Below, one piece after another: positions 9,159 through 19,133 of a DNA stretch of 64,000 nt. The notes beneath the pieces were generated by a model. The model did no database searches, was not told the DNA's origin, and saw only the letters and a list, made by a program, of their open reading frames with translations. Positions within the stretch are counted from its first letter, which is position 1. Each line of letters starts with the position of its first letter. The position numbers and the translations under genes were made by a program. Location: assembly GCA_965203355.1 (NCBI GenBank), contig OZ241889.1, positions 224,001 to 288,000 of the forward strand, given 5' to 3'. Source of the DNA: Candidatus Latescibacterota bacterium. GTDB lineage: Bacteria; Latescibacterota; UBA2968; UBA8231.

Positions 9159-10217
9159 TTGAAGTACTGCCGCTTGCTCAGTCTCGCGCTCGCGCTTTTG
9201 AATACCCCAGCCCTCGCCCAATCGCCCGAAGCCCTCAACTACTTCCGCACCGGCTTCGACTTGGTCAAAAAGGGCAACTATCGCAACGCCGCCATTGAGT
9301 TGGAAAAGGCCGTGGAGGCCGATTCTTCCTACGGAAACGCTCACTATGTCCTCGGCATTTCCTACAAGGCCCTCAACGAGTACGACAAGGCCATCGCCAG
9401 TTTTACCGCCGCCCACGCCCTCGGCACCAAGCCGGAGCAGTCCGCCAAGGCCCTAGCCCAACTCTATAAACAGGCCGCCCTCAACAGCTTTCGGCAAAAG
9501 AAGTACAACGAGGTCATCGCCTATTTTACCGAGAGCCAAGCGCTTGGCGTACTCGACGCCGAATCGCTCTACATCATGGGCCTTTCCTACAGCGGTCTGC
9601 ACGAGAAAGACAAAGCGGCCATGGCCTATGCCGAAGCCATAACAGCCGATCCCACCGACGCCAGACCCTACAACGCCCTCGGCGATATCCAGCGCCTCAA
9701 CCGCGACTACGGCAAATCCGTCGTCACCTACCAGCGTTCCATAGAAGCCGATTCCACGTACATGGAATCGTACGGCGACTTAGCGCGGGTGAAGTTCGAG
9801 ACCCAAGATATAGAGGGCGTGGTGCTGCTTTTGCAAAAGGCCCTAACGGTCGACGACACGTACGCCGAAGGGCATCGCTTGCTCGGCATTGCGCTCAACC
9901 AACTCGGCCGTTTCCACGAGGCCATTGCCCCGCTGAACAAGGCCGTCGATCTAGACAAAGACTACTGCGAGACGCATTACCGGCTGGGCGAGGCGCACTA
10001 CGGCATGGGCAACTTCCGCCAAGCCATTGAGCACGGCCAGCGCGCCACGAGTTGTCAAGTGGACTACCGAGCCGCCGAAGTGCTGTTGGGCGACGCGCAC
10101 TTCCAACTTGGCCAACGCGAGGAAGCGCGGCGCTGGTACAACCGCGCGGTGAACGACAGCCGCTACAAGGACTACGCAGCGAGCAAGCTAGCAGAGATCG
10201 ACGAGCAGCCCCAATAG
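9159..10217 (+). CDS. Exported tetratricopeptide-repeat protein
   Basis: Signal peptide plus multiple TPR units (AHYVLGISY, PYNALG, THYRLGEAHY). Confidence 0.85.
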   Translation: MKYCRLLSLALALLNTPALAQSPEALNYFRTGFDLVKKGNYRNAAIELEKAVEADSSYGNAHYVLGISYKALNEYDKAIASFTAAHALGTKPEQSAKALAQLYKQAALNSFRQKKYNEVIAYFTESQALGVLDAESLYIMGLSYSGLHEKDKAAMAYAEAITADPTDARPYNALGDIQRLNRDYGKSVVTYQRSIEADSTYMESYGDLARVKFETQDIEGVVLLLQKALTVDDTYAEGHRLLGIALNQLGRFHEAIAPLNKAVDLDKDYCETHYRLGEAHYGMGNFRQAIEHGQRATSCQVDYRAAEVLLGDAHFQLGQREEARRWYNRAVNDSRYKDYAASKLAEIDEQPQ

Positions 10218-10222
10218 CCACC

Positions 10223-10831
10223 ATGGCGCTGCTTCTGGCCTCGAACAACACCGGCAAGCTGCGCGAAGTCCGCGCCCTACTCGCCGATATCGAGGTTGTC
10301 GCGCCGGCCGCGCTGGGCTTTGCACTCGATGTCGAGGAAAGCGGCCAGACCTTTGCCGCCAACGCCCAGCTCAAGGCCCGCGCCTATGCCGCAGCCAGCG
10401 GCCATATAGCCCTCGCCGACGACTCTGGGCTTGAGGTCGACGCCCTCGGCGGTGCCCCTGGAATCTACTCGGCTCGCTACGGCGGCCCCGACCTCGACGA
10501 CGCCGGTCGCTGCCAGCTCTTACTCACCCAGCTTGCGCCCTATCCCGAGCCAGCCGAGCGCCAAGCGCGATTCCGCTGCATCCTCTGCGCCGTAAGTCCC
10601 GATGGCCGCCAGTGCCAAGCCGAAGGTACGTGTGAAGGGTTGATCGCCCCGGCCCCAGTCGGCACCAACGGCTTTGGCTACGATCCGGTCTTTTTTGTCC
10701 CAGCCTACGGCAAAACCATGGCCCAGCTCGATCCGCAGGTAAAAAACCGCCTCAGTCACCGCGCCGAGGCGCTGGCAGCCATGCGCCCGCTCCTCGCCAG
10801 CACCTTTCCCGAGCTAGCCCTCGCTCGCTAA
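10223..10831 (+). CDS. rdgB: RdgB/HAM1 non-canonical purine NTP pyrophosphatase
   Basis: ASNNTGKLRE, ADDSGLEVDALGGAPGIYSARY, GFGYDPVF, KNRLSHRA. Confidence 0.92.
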   Translation: MALLLASNNTGKLREVRALLADIEVVAPAALGFALDVEESGQTFAANAQLKARAYAAASGHIALADDSGLEVDALGGAPGIYSARYGGPDLDDAGRCQLLLTQLAPYPEPAERQARFRCILCAVSPDGRQCQAEGTCEGLIAPAPVGTNGFGYDPVFFVPAYGKTMAQLDPQVKNRLSHRAEALAAMRPLLASTFPELALAR

Positions 10832-12567
10832 TGTTTGGGCCGTTTTCCCAATACGTCCGTCCCTACCGGATCCCCATCCTGCTCGGTGCGCTCTGCGTTG
10901 GGCTGGGGCAGGCGGCGACCGCGCGCATCCCGCTGCTGGTGGGCGATGCCGTCGATGCGGTCTCCACGCCGGATACGGCCTCCGGGGAAATCGCAACCTA
11001 CATCTTCTACATCCTCGCCTACGCCTTGGGCGTAGCCCTGTGCGGCTACGCCATGCGGATTCTGCTAGGGCACGCCGCCAACCGCATCGAATACGACATC
11101 CGCACCGCGTATTTTGCCCACCTACTCAAGCTACCGCTGTCGTACTACCAGCAGCGCCGCACCGGAGACCTCATGGCGCGGGCGACCAACGATCTACACT
11201 CGGTGCATCTCTTTTGGATCTATGGCGTTCGCGGCATCGTCGATACCGCCTTGAGTCTGATTTTCACCCTCGCCTGTATGTGCTGGCTCGACTGGAAGCT
11301 GGCTCTACTGGTGTTGTTGCCCATGCCGCTTTTTAGCGTCGTGATGATCCGCATCGCCGCGGTCATCAACACCCGCTACAAAGCCATCCAAGATTACTTC
11401 GGCCGCATCAGCACCTTCATACAGGAAAACCTCTCCGGCATCCGCGTGGTCAAGGCATACACCCAAGAGCCGACACAAAACGCCGCGTTCGACCAACTCA
11501 ACTTGGCGTACCTCGAAAAAAACCGCGCCTACATCCTCACCCGCGCCAACTACCGACCCCTGTCCTACGTCATCGCCTCGCTCTGCTTGGGGCTGAATTT
11601 GTGGCTGGGCGGCCGCGCGGTCATCAACGGCGAACTCAGCCTAGGGGCCTTCGTGGCTTTCAACGCCTACCTGACCCAACTCATCCGCCCGATCATGTAC
11701 ATCGGCTGGGTCATCGACCGCGCCCAGCGCGCCCTCGTGTCCATGCAGCGCATCAACGAAATCCTCGCCGTCGAGCCTGAGATCCAAGACCGCGCCTTGC
11801 CGCCGACAACGCCGCGGCCAATCGCCGGGCACATCGCCTTCCGAAAGCTCAGCTTCTCCTACGGCGAGGAGCAAGTTCTGCATCAGATTGATCTCGAAAT
11901 TCCCCAAGGCACGACCCTCGGCATCATCGGCCGGGTCGGCTCGGGTAAGACCACCTTGGCGCGCCTCGTGCCCCGCTTGATCCAAGCCGGGCCAAGCCAG
12001 CTCCTCATTGACGGGGTGCCAATCGAGGAATGGCCCCTAGCGACTTTGCGCGACGCCATCGGCTATGTCCCGCAAAATCCCTTTCTGTTTTCCAATACCC
12101 TCAGTGCCAACCTCGCCTACGGCGCGGACTCGGCCAAAGAGGCCCAAATCCACGCGGCGGCCGAAGAGGCCCAGTTCAAAAAGGACATCGACCAATTCGA
12201 CGAGGGCTTCGACACCCTCATCGGCGAACGCGGCGTCACCCTGTCCGGCGGCCAAAAGCAGCGCGCGACCTTGGCCCGCGCACTCATTCGCCGGCCGCAG
12301 ATCCTCATCCTCGACGATGCGCTTTCCGCGGTGGATACCCACACCGAAGAAGCGATCCTCGATCAGCTACACGCCCTCATGCAGGGCCGCACCACGCTCA
12401 TCATCGCCCACCGCATCTCCACGCTGCGCCACGCCGACTGCATCGCCGTGCTCGAAGACGGTCGCATCGCCGAACTGGGCACCCACGCCGACTTGGTCGC
12501 CAGCGGCGGCTTCTACGCCGAATTGTACCAGCACCAGCAGCTTCGCGCCGAGCTAGAAACGCTGTGA
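10831..12567 (+). CDS. ABC exporter, fused permease/ATPase (MdlA-like half)
   Basis: TM domain plus GRVGSGKT, LSGGQKQR, ILDDALSAVD, IAHR. Confidence 0.9.
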   Translation: MFGPFSQYVRPYRIPILLGALCVGLGQAATARIPLLVGDAVDAVSTPDTASGEIATYIFYILAYALGVALCGYAMRILLGHAANRIEYDIRTAYFAHLLKLPLSYYQQRRTGDLMARATNDLHSVHLFWIYGVRGIVDTALSLIFTLACMCWLDWKLALLVLLPMPLFSVVMIRIAAVINTRYKAIQDYFGRISTFIQENLSGIRVVKAYTQEPTQNAAFDQLNLAYLEKNRAYILTRANYRPLSYVIASLCLGLNLWLGGRAVINGELSLGAFVAFNAYLTQLIRPIMYIGWVIDRAQRALVSMQRINEILAVEPEIQDRALPPTTPRPIAGHIAFRKLSFSYGEEQVLHQIDLEIPQGTTLGIIGRVGSGKTTLARLVPRLIQAGPSQLLIDGVPIEEWPLATLRDAIGYVPQNPFLFSNTLSANLAYGADSAKEAQIHAAAEEAQFKKDIDQFDEGFDTLIGERGVTLSGGQKQRATLARALIRRPQILILDDALSAVDTHTEEAILDQLHALMQGRTTLIIAHRISTLRHADCIAVLEDGRIAELGTHADLVASGGFYAELYQHQQLRAELETL

Positions 12568-14345
12568 GCACCGAACTCAACAAAGAAGAAGAAATCCAGC
12601 AGCGCGCCTTCAACTTGGGGCTGACGCTGCAACTGTTGGGATACCTCAAGCCCCATCGCGGGCGCGTGATCCTCGCCTTTGGCACCATTGCCCTCGCCGC
12701 AGGCTTTGGCCAGGTCGGGCCCTATATCACCCAGGTAGCGGTTGACGACTACATCGCCGTCGGCGACTGGGCGGGGCTGCGGTGGATGATCGCGGCCTTT
12801 TTTGGCAGCGTCGCCGTGCAGTATGGTGCTCAATACGCCCAGACTTTGGTCGCCGGCATGATCGGTCAGCGCGTCATGTACGACATGCGCCGCGACCTGT
12901 TTGCCCACCTGCAAAAGCTGCCGCTGCGCTACTTCGACCGCACGCCGCTGGGCCGCATTATGACCCGCGCCACCAACGACATCGACGCCCTCAACGAGTT
13001 TTTCAGCGAGGGCGTCGTCTCGGTTTTTATGGATTTTTTTAGTTTGCTGGCCATCGTCGGCTTCATGGCCTATATCGACTTCGAGCTGGCCCTGATCTGC
13101 TGCACAGTGGTCCCGGTCATCGCCATCTCGACCTTCTACCTACAGGGCCTCGCCATGCGCGCCTATCGCGAATTGCGCACGCGCTTGGCGCGGATCAATG
13201 CCTATTTGCAGGAGAACATCACCGGCATGGAGGTGGTGCAGCTTTTCAACCGCCAGCAACGCAACTTGCGCGACTTCGACGCCGAGCACTTGCCCTATCG
13301 CCGCGCCGAGGACCGCGAAATCCACTGCTATGCCATCTTCTTCCCCTTTACCGAATTGCTCGGCACGGTTGGCATGGCACTGGTGCTGTGGTACGGGGCC
13401 TCTGACGCGATCGAAGGCCGCATTGAGCTGGGGGTGTTGGTGGCCTTTCTCCAGTACATCCGCCGCTTCTTCCGCCCGATCATGGACATCTCCGACCGCT
13501 ATGCCCTGCTGCAGAGCGCCATGGCCGCGTCTGAGCGCATCTTCGAGATGTTGGCCGTCCCCAGCGAACCCGGCGGCGGCCCGCCGCGCAATCGCGCCGC
13601 CAGCCGCGGCGGCGCGATTGAATTCCGCAACGTGTTCTTCAAGTACGATCCAAAAGCCGAAGACTGGATTCTCAAGGATGTCTCGTTTGAACTGCGGGCC
13701 GGGCAGAGTATGGCGATAGTCGGGGCTACCGGCTCGGGCAAAACTACCATCGTCAGCCTCCTCTGCCGCTTCTACGACATCCAGCGCGGGGAAATCCTCG
13801 TCGATGGCCGCGACGTGCGCCAGTGGCACGTGGCCGAATTGCGCCGCCGCATCAGCATCGTCCAGCAAGAGGTCTTCCTGTTTTCAGGGAATATCAGCGG
13901 CAACATCCGCCTCGGCAACGACGCCATTGACGAAGCCCAAGTCGAGCGCGCAGCCCGCTACGTCAACGCCGCGCCCTTTATCGAACGCCTCCCCCAAAGG
14001 TACGCCCACGCCGTGGCCGAAGGCGGCTCGACCCTGTCGGCCGGCCAGCGCCAGTTGTTGGCCTTTGCCCGCGCCCTGGCCTCCGACCCGGAAATTCTCG
14101 TCCTCGACGAGGCTACTTCCAGCATCGACACCGAGACCGAATTGCTCATCCAAGACGCCATCGCCAAGCTAATGAGCGAGCGCACTTCCATCGTCATCGC
14201 CCACCGCCTCTCCACCATCCGCAGTGCCGATCAGATCTTGGTGATGCACCGCGGCGAGGTGCGCGAGCGGGGCCGCCACGAGGAACTCTTGCTCCAAGAC
14301 GGCATCTACGCGCGCCTCTACCGCCTCAATTACGGCCGCTCTTAG
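12564..14345 (+). CDS. ABC exporter, fused permease/ATPase (MdlB-like half)
   Basis: GTG start overlapping the previous stop; GATGSGKT, LSAGQRQ, LDEATSSID, IAHRLST. Confidence 0.9.
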   Translation: MSTELNKEEEIQQRAFNLGLTLQLLGYLKPHRGRVILAFGTIALAAGFGQVGPYITQVAVDDYIAVGDWAGLRWMIAAFFGSVAVQYGAQYAQTLVAGMIGQRVMYDMRRDLFAHLQKLPLRYFDRTPLGRIMTRATNDIDALNEFFSEGVVSVFMDFFSLLAIVGFMAYIDFELALICCTVVPVIAISTFYLQGLAMRAYRELRTRLARINAYLQENITGMEVVQLFNRQQRNLRDFDAEHLPYRRAEDREIHCYAIFFPFTELLGTVGMALVLWYGASDAIEGRIELGVLVAFLQYIRRFFRPIMDISDRYALLQSAMAASERIFEMLAVPSEPGGGPPRNRAASRGGAIEFRNVFFKYDPKAEDWILKDVSFELRAGQSMAIVGATGSGKTTIVSLLCRFYDIQRGEILVDGRDVRQWHVAELRRRISIVQQEVFLFSGNISGNIRLGNDAIDEAQVERAARYVNAAPFIERLPQRYAHAVAEGGSTLSAGQRQLLAFARALASDPEILVLDEATSSIDTETELLIQDAIAKLMSERTSIVIAHRLSTIRSADQILVMHRGEVRERGRHEELLLQDGIYARLYRLNYGRS

Positions 14346-14590
14346 GCCGCCGCCTCTTCTTCTGGGGGCTTCTTTTCAAACCGCGACGCCACCCCGTCCA
14401 CGGCCTTCACCACCTGATCGCGCGTCTCTTCGGCTTGGCGCACGATCAAGCGCCGGGTATCCTCGCCCTTTTTCGGGGCCAGTAAAACGCCTATGGCCGC
14501 GCCGACCGCAACGCCGGCCGCAAAACCCGCCAAGAGGCACGTCGTGCCGTTGGTCGAATGGTTCCGCGGGTACATTTTTTCGTAGAACAT
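14342..14590 (-). CDS. YtxH-domain protein
   Basis: LLAGFAAGVAVGAAIGVLLAPKKGEDTR, the typical YtxH N-terminus. Confidence 0.8.
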   Translation of the reverse strand: MFYEKMYPRNHSTNGTTCLLAGFAAGVAVGAAIGVLLAPKKGEDTRRLIVRQAEETRDQVVKAVDGVASRFEKKPPEEEAAA

Positions 14591-14649
14591 AACAAAGCTC
14601 CTTTAGCTTGTGGATGTACTAATATAGTAAAGAAAATTAATTAAGTGTG

Positions 14650-14678
14650 TTGAATAAAACCAATGCAACTTTTATACT
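14650..14678 (+). promoter_or_regulatory. Putative sigma70 promoter of guaB
   Basis: TTGAAT-N17-TATACT in an AT-rich intergenic region. Confidence 0.5.
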
Positions 14679-14724
14679 TTAAGGCTAAATTCTTCCCTCC
14701 CCCGCCAACGCTGAGAGGACTTTT

Positions 14725-16206
14725 ATGGCCCAAGTCCTGAGCACCCCTTCGCACAGCCTCAAAGAATTTCGCATTCTGCCAGGGTACACACCAACCGACG
14801 GCAACGTGCCCAACACGTCGCTCAAAACCCGGCTCTGCCGTAAAGAGGACGACTTTCTCTATCTGCACGTTCCCTTCCTCAGCGCCGCCATGCAGGCCGT
14901 GACCGGCGGCGAGATGGCCATTGCCTTGGCCCAGTTAGGCGGCATCGGCATCCTGCCCGTCAGTCAGCCTATTGACGAGCAGTGCGCCAAAATCAGCCAA
15001 GTCAAACGCTTCAAGGCCGGTTTTCAGACCGATATTCTCACCTTGGCCCCCGAGCAGCCCATTGCCGAGGTCGTCGAGATCATCCACCGCACTGGCTATA
15101 CGACCTTTCCGGTCACCACCAGCGGCCAGTTCCACGACCAACTGCTCGGCATTCTCACCGACAAGGATTTCGACGAGCGCCGCGATCTCGACTGCCAAGT
15201 GGCCTCCCGCATGAAAACCGACGTGCAGGCCGGCCGCGAAATAAGCGACCTCAAGACCGCCAACGAGCTGATGATCCGCTACGGCCGCGGCTTCCTGCCC
15301 ATTCTATCCAAAGGGGGCGTACTCCAAGCCGTAGTCTTCAAAAAGGACCTCGACAAGCACCTGCGGCACCCCAACGAATCCATCGACAAAAAGAAGCGCC
15401 TGCTCGTCGGCGCGGCCGTTTCCACCCACCCCGAGGACCGCGAGCGGGCCGAAGCCCTCATCGCGCAAGAAGTCGACGTACTCGTCATCGACGCCTCCGA
15501 CGGCCACGCCGAGTACCAGCGGCAGATGATCCAATGGCTCAAGGAGCGCACCGACGCCCCGGTCATCGGCGGCAATGTCGTCACGGCCGAGGGATTTCGC
15601 TTTTTGGCCGAGGCCGGTGCCGACGCCGTCAAAGTCGGCATGGGCATCGGCTCGGGCTGCATTACGCAGGAAGTCAAGGCCACCGGCCGCGGCCAAGGCA
15701 CGGCCTTAATGGAAATCAACGCAGCACGCAACCAGTGGCAGCAAAATTGCAACGCCTACTTGCCCATCATTGCCGACGGCGGTATTTCGGGCCCGGCCGA
15801 GGTCGCCGTGGCCATGGCCTTGGGTGCCAACGCCGTGATGATGGGGCACTTTTTCGCTGGCTACACCGAGAGCCAAGGCAACCTCGTGCGCACCACGGCC
15901 GGCGACATCGTCAAGGAATATTGGATGGAAGGTTCGCTGCGCGCCCACAACATGCGGCGCTACGCGCAGACGCAAGAGAACTTCTTCGAGGAAGGCATCT
16001 CCGGCTACGTGCCCCACATCGGCTCGATTCACGACAAGTTGCCGATTCGCATTCAGATGCTACGCGCTACCCTCGCCACGGCCGGTTGCCGCACCATCGA
16101 CGAACTACACGAAAAGGCCGTACTCGAAATGCAGTCGCCCACCGCGCTAATGGACAGCCAGATCCACGACATCGTCCCCACCCAAACCGACCAGCAGGTA
16201 CTCTAA
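14725..16206 (+). CDS. guaB: IMP dehydrogenase with CBS pair
   Basis: PFLSAAMQAV, IDASDG, GGNVVT, KVGMGIGSGCITQ (catalytic Cys), IADGG, YWMEGS. Confidence 0.85.
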   Translation: MAQVLSTPSHSLKEFRILPGYTPTDGNVPNTSLKTRLCRKEDDFLYLHVPFLSAAMQAVTGGEMAIALAQLGGIGILPVSQPIDEQCAKISQVKRFKAGFQTDILTLAPEQPIAEVVEIIHRTGYTTFPVTTSGQFHDQLLGILTDKDFDERRDLDCQVASRMKTDVQAGREISDLKTANELMIRYGRGFLPILSKGGVLQAVVFKKDLDKHLRHPNESIDKKKRLLVGAAVSTHPEDRERAEALIAQEVDVLVIDASDGHAEYQRQMIQWLKERTDAPVIGGNVVTAEGFRFLAEAGADAVKVGMGIGSGCITQEVKATGRGQGTALMEINAARNQWQQNCNAYLPIIADGGISGPAEVAVAMALGANAVMMGHFFAGYTESQGNLVRTTAGDIVKEYWMEGSLRAHNMRRYAQTQENFFEEGISGYVPHIGSIHDKLPIRIQMLRATLATAGCRTIDELHEKAVLEMQSPTALMDSQIHDIVPTQTDQQVL

Positions 16207-16210
16207 GGCT

Positions 16211-16900
16211 ATGCGCTTACTCATTACCAACGCCGCGACCTCACTCGGCCAAGCCCTAGCCGCTGGCCTCGGCGACGCACACCAAGTGCGCTTGACCGAT
16301 CCCGAGCCTAGGCTCGGGATTCAGTGCGATCTAGGGCACGGTCCAGAGACTGATGCACTCGTCAAAGACATCGCCGTCGTCGTCCACCTCGCCTACACTC
16401 CGCGGGCGGGCGACGGCGAGATCACCTGGCTAGACCGCAACACGCGCGGCACGTACAATCTGCTCTTGGCGGCGGCCGCTGCCGAGGTCGAACACGTCAT
16501 CCTCTTGAGCTCCCTCGACCTTTTCGCCCCGTACGCCGCCGATCTCACCGTTGACGAGACTTGGAAGCCGCTGCCCTCCTGCGCACCAGCCGTTCTCGGC
16601 ACTCACCTAGCCGAGTTCACGGCCCGCGAATTTGCCCACAGCCACAAACTCCGCATTACCATCGCCCGCCTTGGCCATCTGGTCCGCGCCGAGGAGGTCG
16701 CCGACCAGCCTTACGACCCCATGTGGCTCGATGAGCGCGACGCCGCCCAAGCCGTGGCCCAGATTGTAAAAAAAGGGCCAGCCGGGCAGTACAGTGCCAT
16801 TCACATCCAGTCTGCGACGGCCCGCGCCCGCTTTGCTGTCGAACGCGCCAAGAGCCACCTATCGTTTGACCCCCAATACAGCTTTGAGGCCAACCCATGA
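16211..16900 (+). CDS. NAD-dependent epimerase/dehydratase family protein (degenerate motifs)
   Basis: Rossmann-like start, VVHLA, NTRGTYNLL; the GxxGxxG and YxxxK motifs are degenerate. Confidence 0.65.
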   Translation: MRLLITNAATSLGQALAAGLGDAHQVRLTDPEPRLGIQCDLGHGPETDALVKDIAVVVHLAYTPRAGDGEITWLDRNTRGTYNLLLAAAAAEVEHVILLSSLDLFAPYAADLTVDETWKPLPSCAPAVLGTHLAEFTAREFAHSHKLRITIARLGHLVRAEEVADQPYDPMWLDERDAAQAVAQIVKKGPAGQYSAIHIQSATARARFAVERAKSHLSFDPQYSFEANP

Positions 16901-17631
16901 AAGTTTTGCTGCTAGGCGGCAATGGTATGCTCGGTCCACACGTGGTCGCACAACTCCAAGACACCTACGAGTTGCGCATCACCGACATCATGCCCATCGA
17001 CAGCCCGCACGAGACCATGCAGGTGGATGTCTCCGACCTCGATCAAGTGCGCCGCGCCACCGAGGGCACCGATGTCACCATCAACTGCTCGGTGCTGCGC
17101 CCCGACCGCAAGATCGCCTTCGACGTCAATACCATTGGCACGTACAACGGCATCCTCGCCGCAGTCGAGAACGGTCATGCCCGCTTCGTCAACACCGGGC
17201 CTCACTTCACCCAAGCCGGCCCCTCGTACGAGCACTATGACTTCGACATCAACGAGGAAGTGCCCCTGCATTCGGGGGTCGGCCTCTACGCTCACACCAA
17301 ATCGCTCGGCCAAGAGATTTGCCGCGTATTCGCCGCCAATCACCCCATTCACGTGCTCACCGCGCTCTTTTTGAGCTTTCGCCCGGCCGAGCCGTCAGCC
17401 GAGCAACTCGGGCGCGGTACCAATCCCTTCTCCGTCACCTTTCCCGACGCCGCACGCGCCCTGCAAAAGTGCCTAGCGGTAGATTTGGCGTCCCTGCCTT
17501 CGCGCTGCGAGATATTCCATATCACCACGGACACGCCCCACGGCTGCTACAGCAACGCCAAAGCCCGGCGGCTGTTGGGCTGGGCACCGCAAGACCTGCT
17601 CGAAGGCTACTGGCGCAAGTCGCCGGGCTAG
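16897..17631 (+). CDS. NAD-dependent epimerase/dehydratase (uronate dehydrogenase-like SDR)
   Basis: LLGGNGMLG, VNTIGTYN, YAHTK. Confidence 0.75.
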   Translation: MKVLLLGGNGMLGPHVVAQLQDTYELRITDIMPIDSPHETMQVDVSDLDQVRRATEGTDVTINCSVLRPDRKIAFDVNTIGTYNGILAAVENGHARFVNTGPHFTQAGPSYEHYDFDINEEVPLHSGVGLYAHTKSLGQEICRVFAANHPIHVLTALFLSFRPAEPSAEQLGRGTNPFSVTFPDAARALQKCLAVDLASLPSRCEIFHITTDTPHGCYSNAKARRLLGWAPQDLLEGYWRKSPG

Positions 17632-17796
17632 CCCGCGCCCGCGGGGTCGACCGCTTTATCGGTGCGCTCGACGCCCAAGACATTATCTTGGGGACTACCC
17701 ACTTACGCTAAACACCCCGACCAAGCCGACCTGCAAACGGCATGACCACTGCTTTCGGGCTAGCCGAGGAGGTCTTCGCCGAGTGGGAGTAAGCCA

Positions 17797-18600
17797 ATGA
17801 GTAAGCCAAGGAGCTTCCGAGAGCGCGTCTATCACTTTATCGAGCCAGACCACGAGCCAGGGCGCATCGTCGATGTGGCCATCATCGTCCTGATCCTGCT
17901 CAACATCGTCGCTCTGATCCTCGAAACCGTCGAGCCGATCTACAACCTCAATCGCACGGCCTTTGAGCTTTTTGAGGATTTCTCATTGACCGTGTTCGCG
18001 ATTGAATACGCGATACGCCTGTGGGCCATTACGGCCAATTCGCGATTTTCGCGTCCAGTGACCGGGCGCATCCGCTTTGCCTTAACGCCTCTCGCCATCA
18101 CCGACCTGTTGGCTATTCTTCCTTTATTGCTACCGCCCTCGAGCGTGGACGCGCGCTTTATTCGCGTCATCCGCGTCCTGCGGATCTTCCGCGTCCTCAA
18201 GCTGGTGCGCTATTTCCGCGCCCTGCGCCTGCTCGGCCAAGTCATTGCCGATCGCAAAGAAGAGTTGGTCAGCATCTTCTTAGTGCTTCTGATTCTGTTG
18301 GCCCTCTCCTCATCGCTGATGTACTTCGTCGAGCACGAGGACCAGCCCGAGGTCTTTACCAGCATTCCGAGCACCATGTGGTGGAGCATCGTCACGTTGA
18401 CCACGGTCGGCTACGGCGATACCTATCCAATTACCCCCCTCGGCCAGACCATCGCCGCCATCATCGCCATCTTGGGGATCGGCATGTTCGCGTTGCCGGC
18501 CGGCATCCTCGGCGCGGGATTCGTCGAGGCCCTAGCCGCGAATCGGTCAGAAGACTCAGAGCGCCGCTGCCCGCACTGCGGCGAGCCGCTCGACCAATAA
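17797..18600 (+). CDS. Voltage-gated potassium channel / ion transporter
   Basis: S4 segment RVIRVLRIFRVLKLVR, selectivity filter TTVGYGD, C-terminal CPHCG. Confidence 0.9.
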   Translation: MSKPRSFRERVYHFIEPDHEPGRIVDVAIIVLILLNIVALILETVEPIYNLNRTAFELFEDFSLTVFAIEYAIRLWAITANSRFSRPVTGRIRFALTPLAITDLLAILPLLLPPSSVDARFIRVIRVLRIFRVLKLVRYFRALRLLGQVIADRKEELVSIFLVLLILLALSSSLMYFVEHEDQPEVFTSIPSTMWWSIVTLTTVGYGDTYPITPLGQTIAAIIAILGIGMFALPAGILGAGFVEALAANRSEDSERRCPHCGEPLDQ

Positions 18601-18634
18601 AAAAGCGGCCAGGGCAAAAGCCCCGGCCGCTTCT
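18601..18634. terminator. Probable bidirectional rho-independent terminator
   Basis: AAAAGCGGCCAGGGC-AAAA-GCCCCGGCCGCTTCT hairpin between convergent genes. Confidence 0.6.
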
Positions 18635-18824
18635 ATAGCTGCTAAACAGACGTTATTTCACTTAGCTTCTTCTTCGCTAAACGCACTCATGCGATTTTTA
18701 AGCGGCCTATTCGCACGGCCATTTTGCGCCCCACCTGGCCGTTTCTGCGATCCAGACCATGTCAGACCGCCTCCTTTCGCTTCAAAACTCAAAATTCAAA
18801 AAATGACCCCAAGCGGTCTTTCTC

Positions 18825-19100
18825 TCAGAAAAACGCGATTTTGACCAGCAGGGCCAAAATAGCCGGGCCGTATACAAATTTGAGCAACGCCAAATCGCGC
18901 TCGACTTTGGTAAAACGCTCGTTAAATTGCGCTTTCAAATCGGCCAAGTCCTCTTTGGTAGCCGCTTTCAAATCGGCCAAGTCCTCTTTGGTCGCCAACC
19001 GCTCGGTGTGGGGAATCGCCCCCGCAGCCGCCTTGGCCTTTTCTTCGGACGTTCCGGCCTCGACCAGCGCATCATAGACTTCAGCAACAATCAAACTCAT
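18825..19100 (-). CDS. Small coiled-coil protein with C-terminal TM helix (DUF1640/CCDC90-like)
   Basis: YDALVEAG..EEKAKAAA, an 11-aa repeat ATKEDLADLKA x2 (33-bp period), and a C-terminal hydrophobic helix. Confidence 0.65.
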   Translation of the reverse strand: MSLIVAEVYDALVEAGTSEEKAKAAAGAIPHTERLATKEDLADLKAATKEDLADLKAQFNERFTKVERDLALLKFVYGPAILALLVKIAFF

Positions 19101-19133
19101 CGCTTCCCTTCTCGGTTGTTCGGTCAAAAGCCA

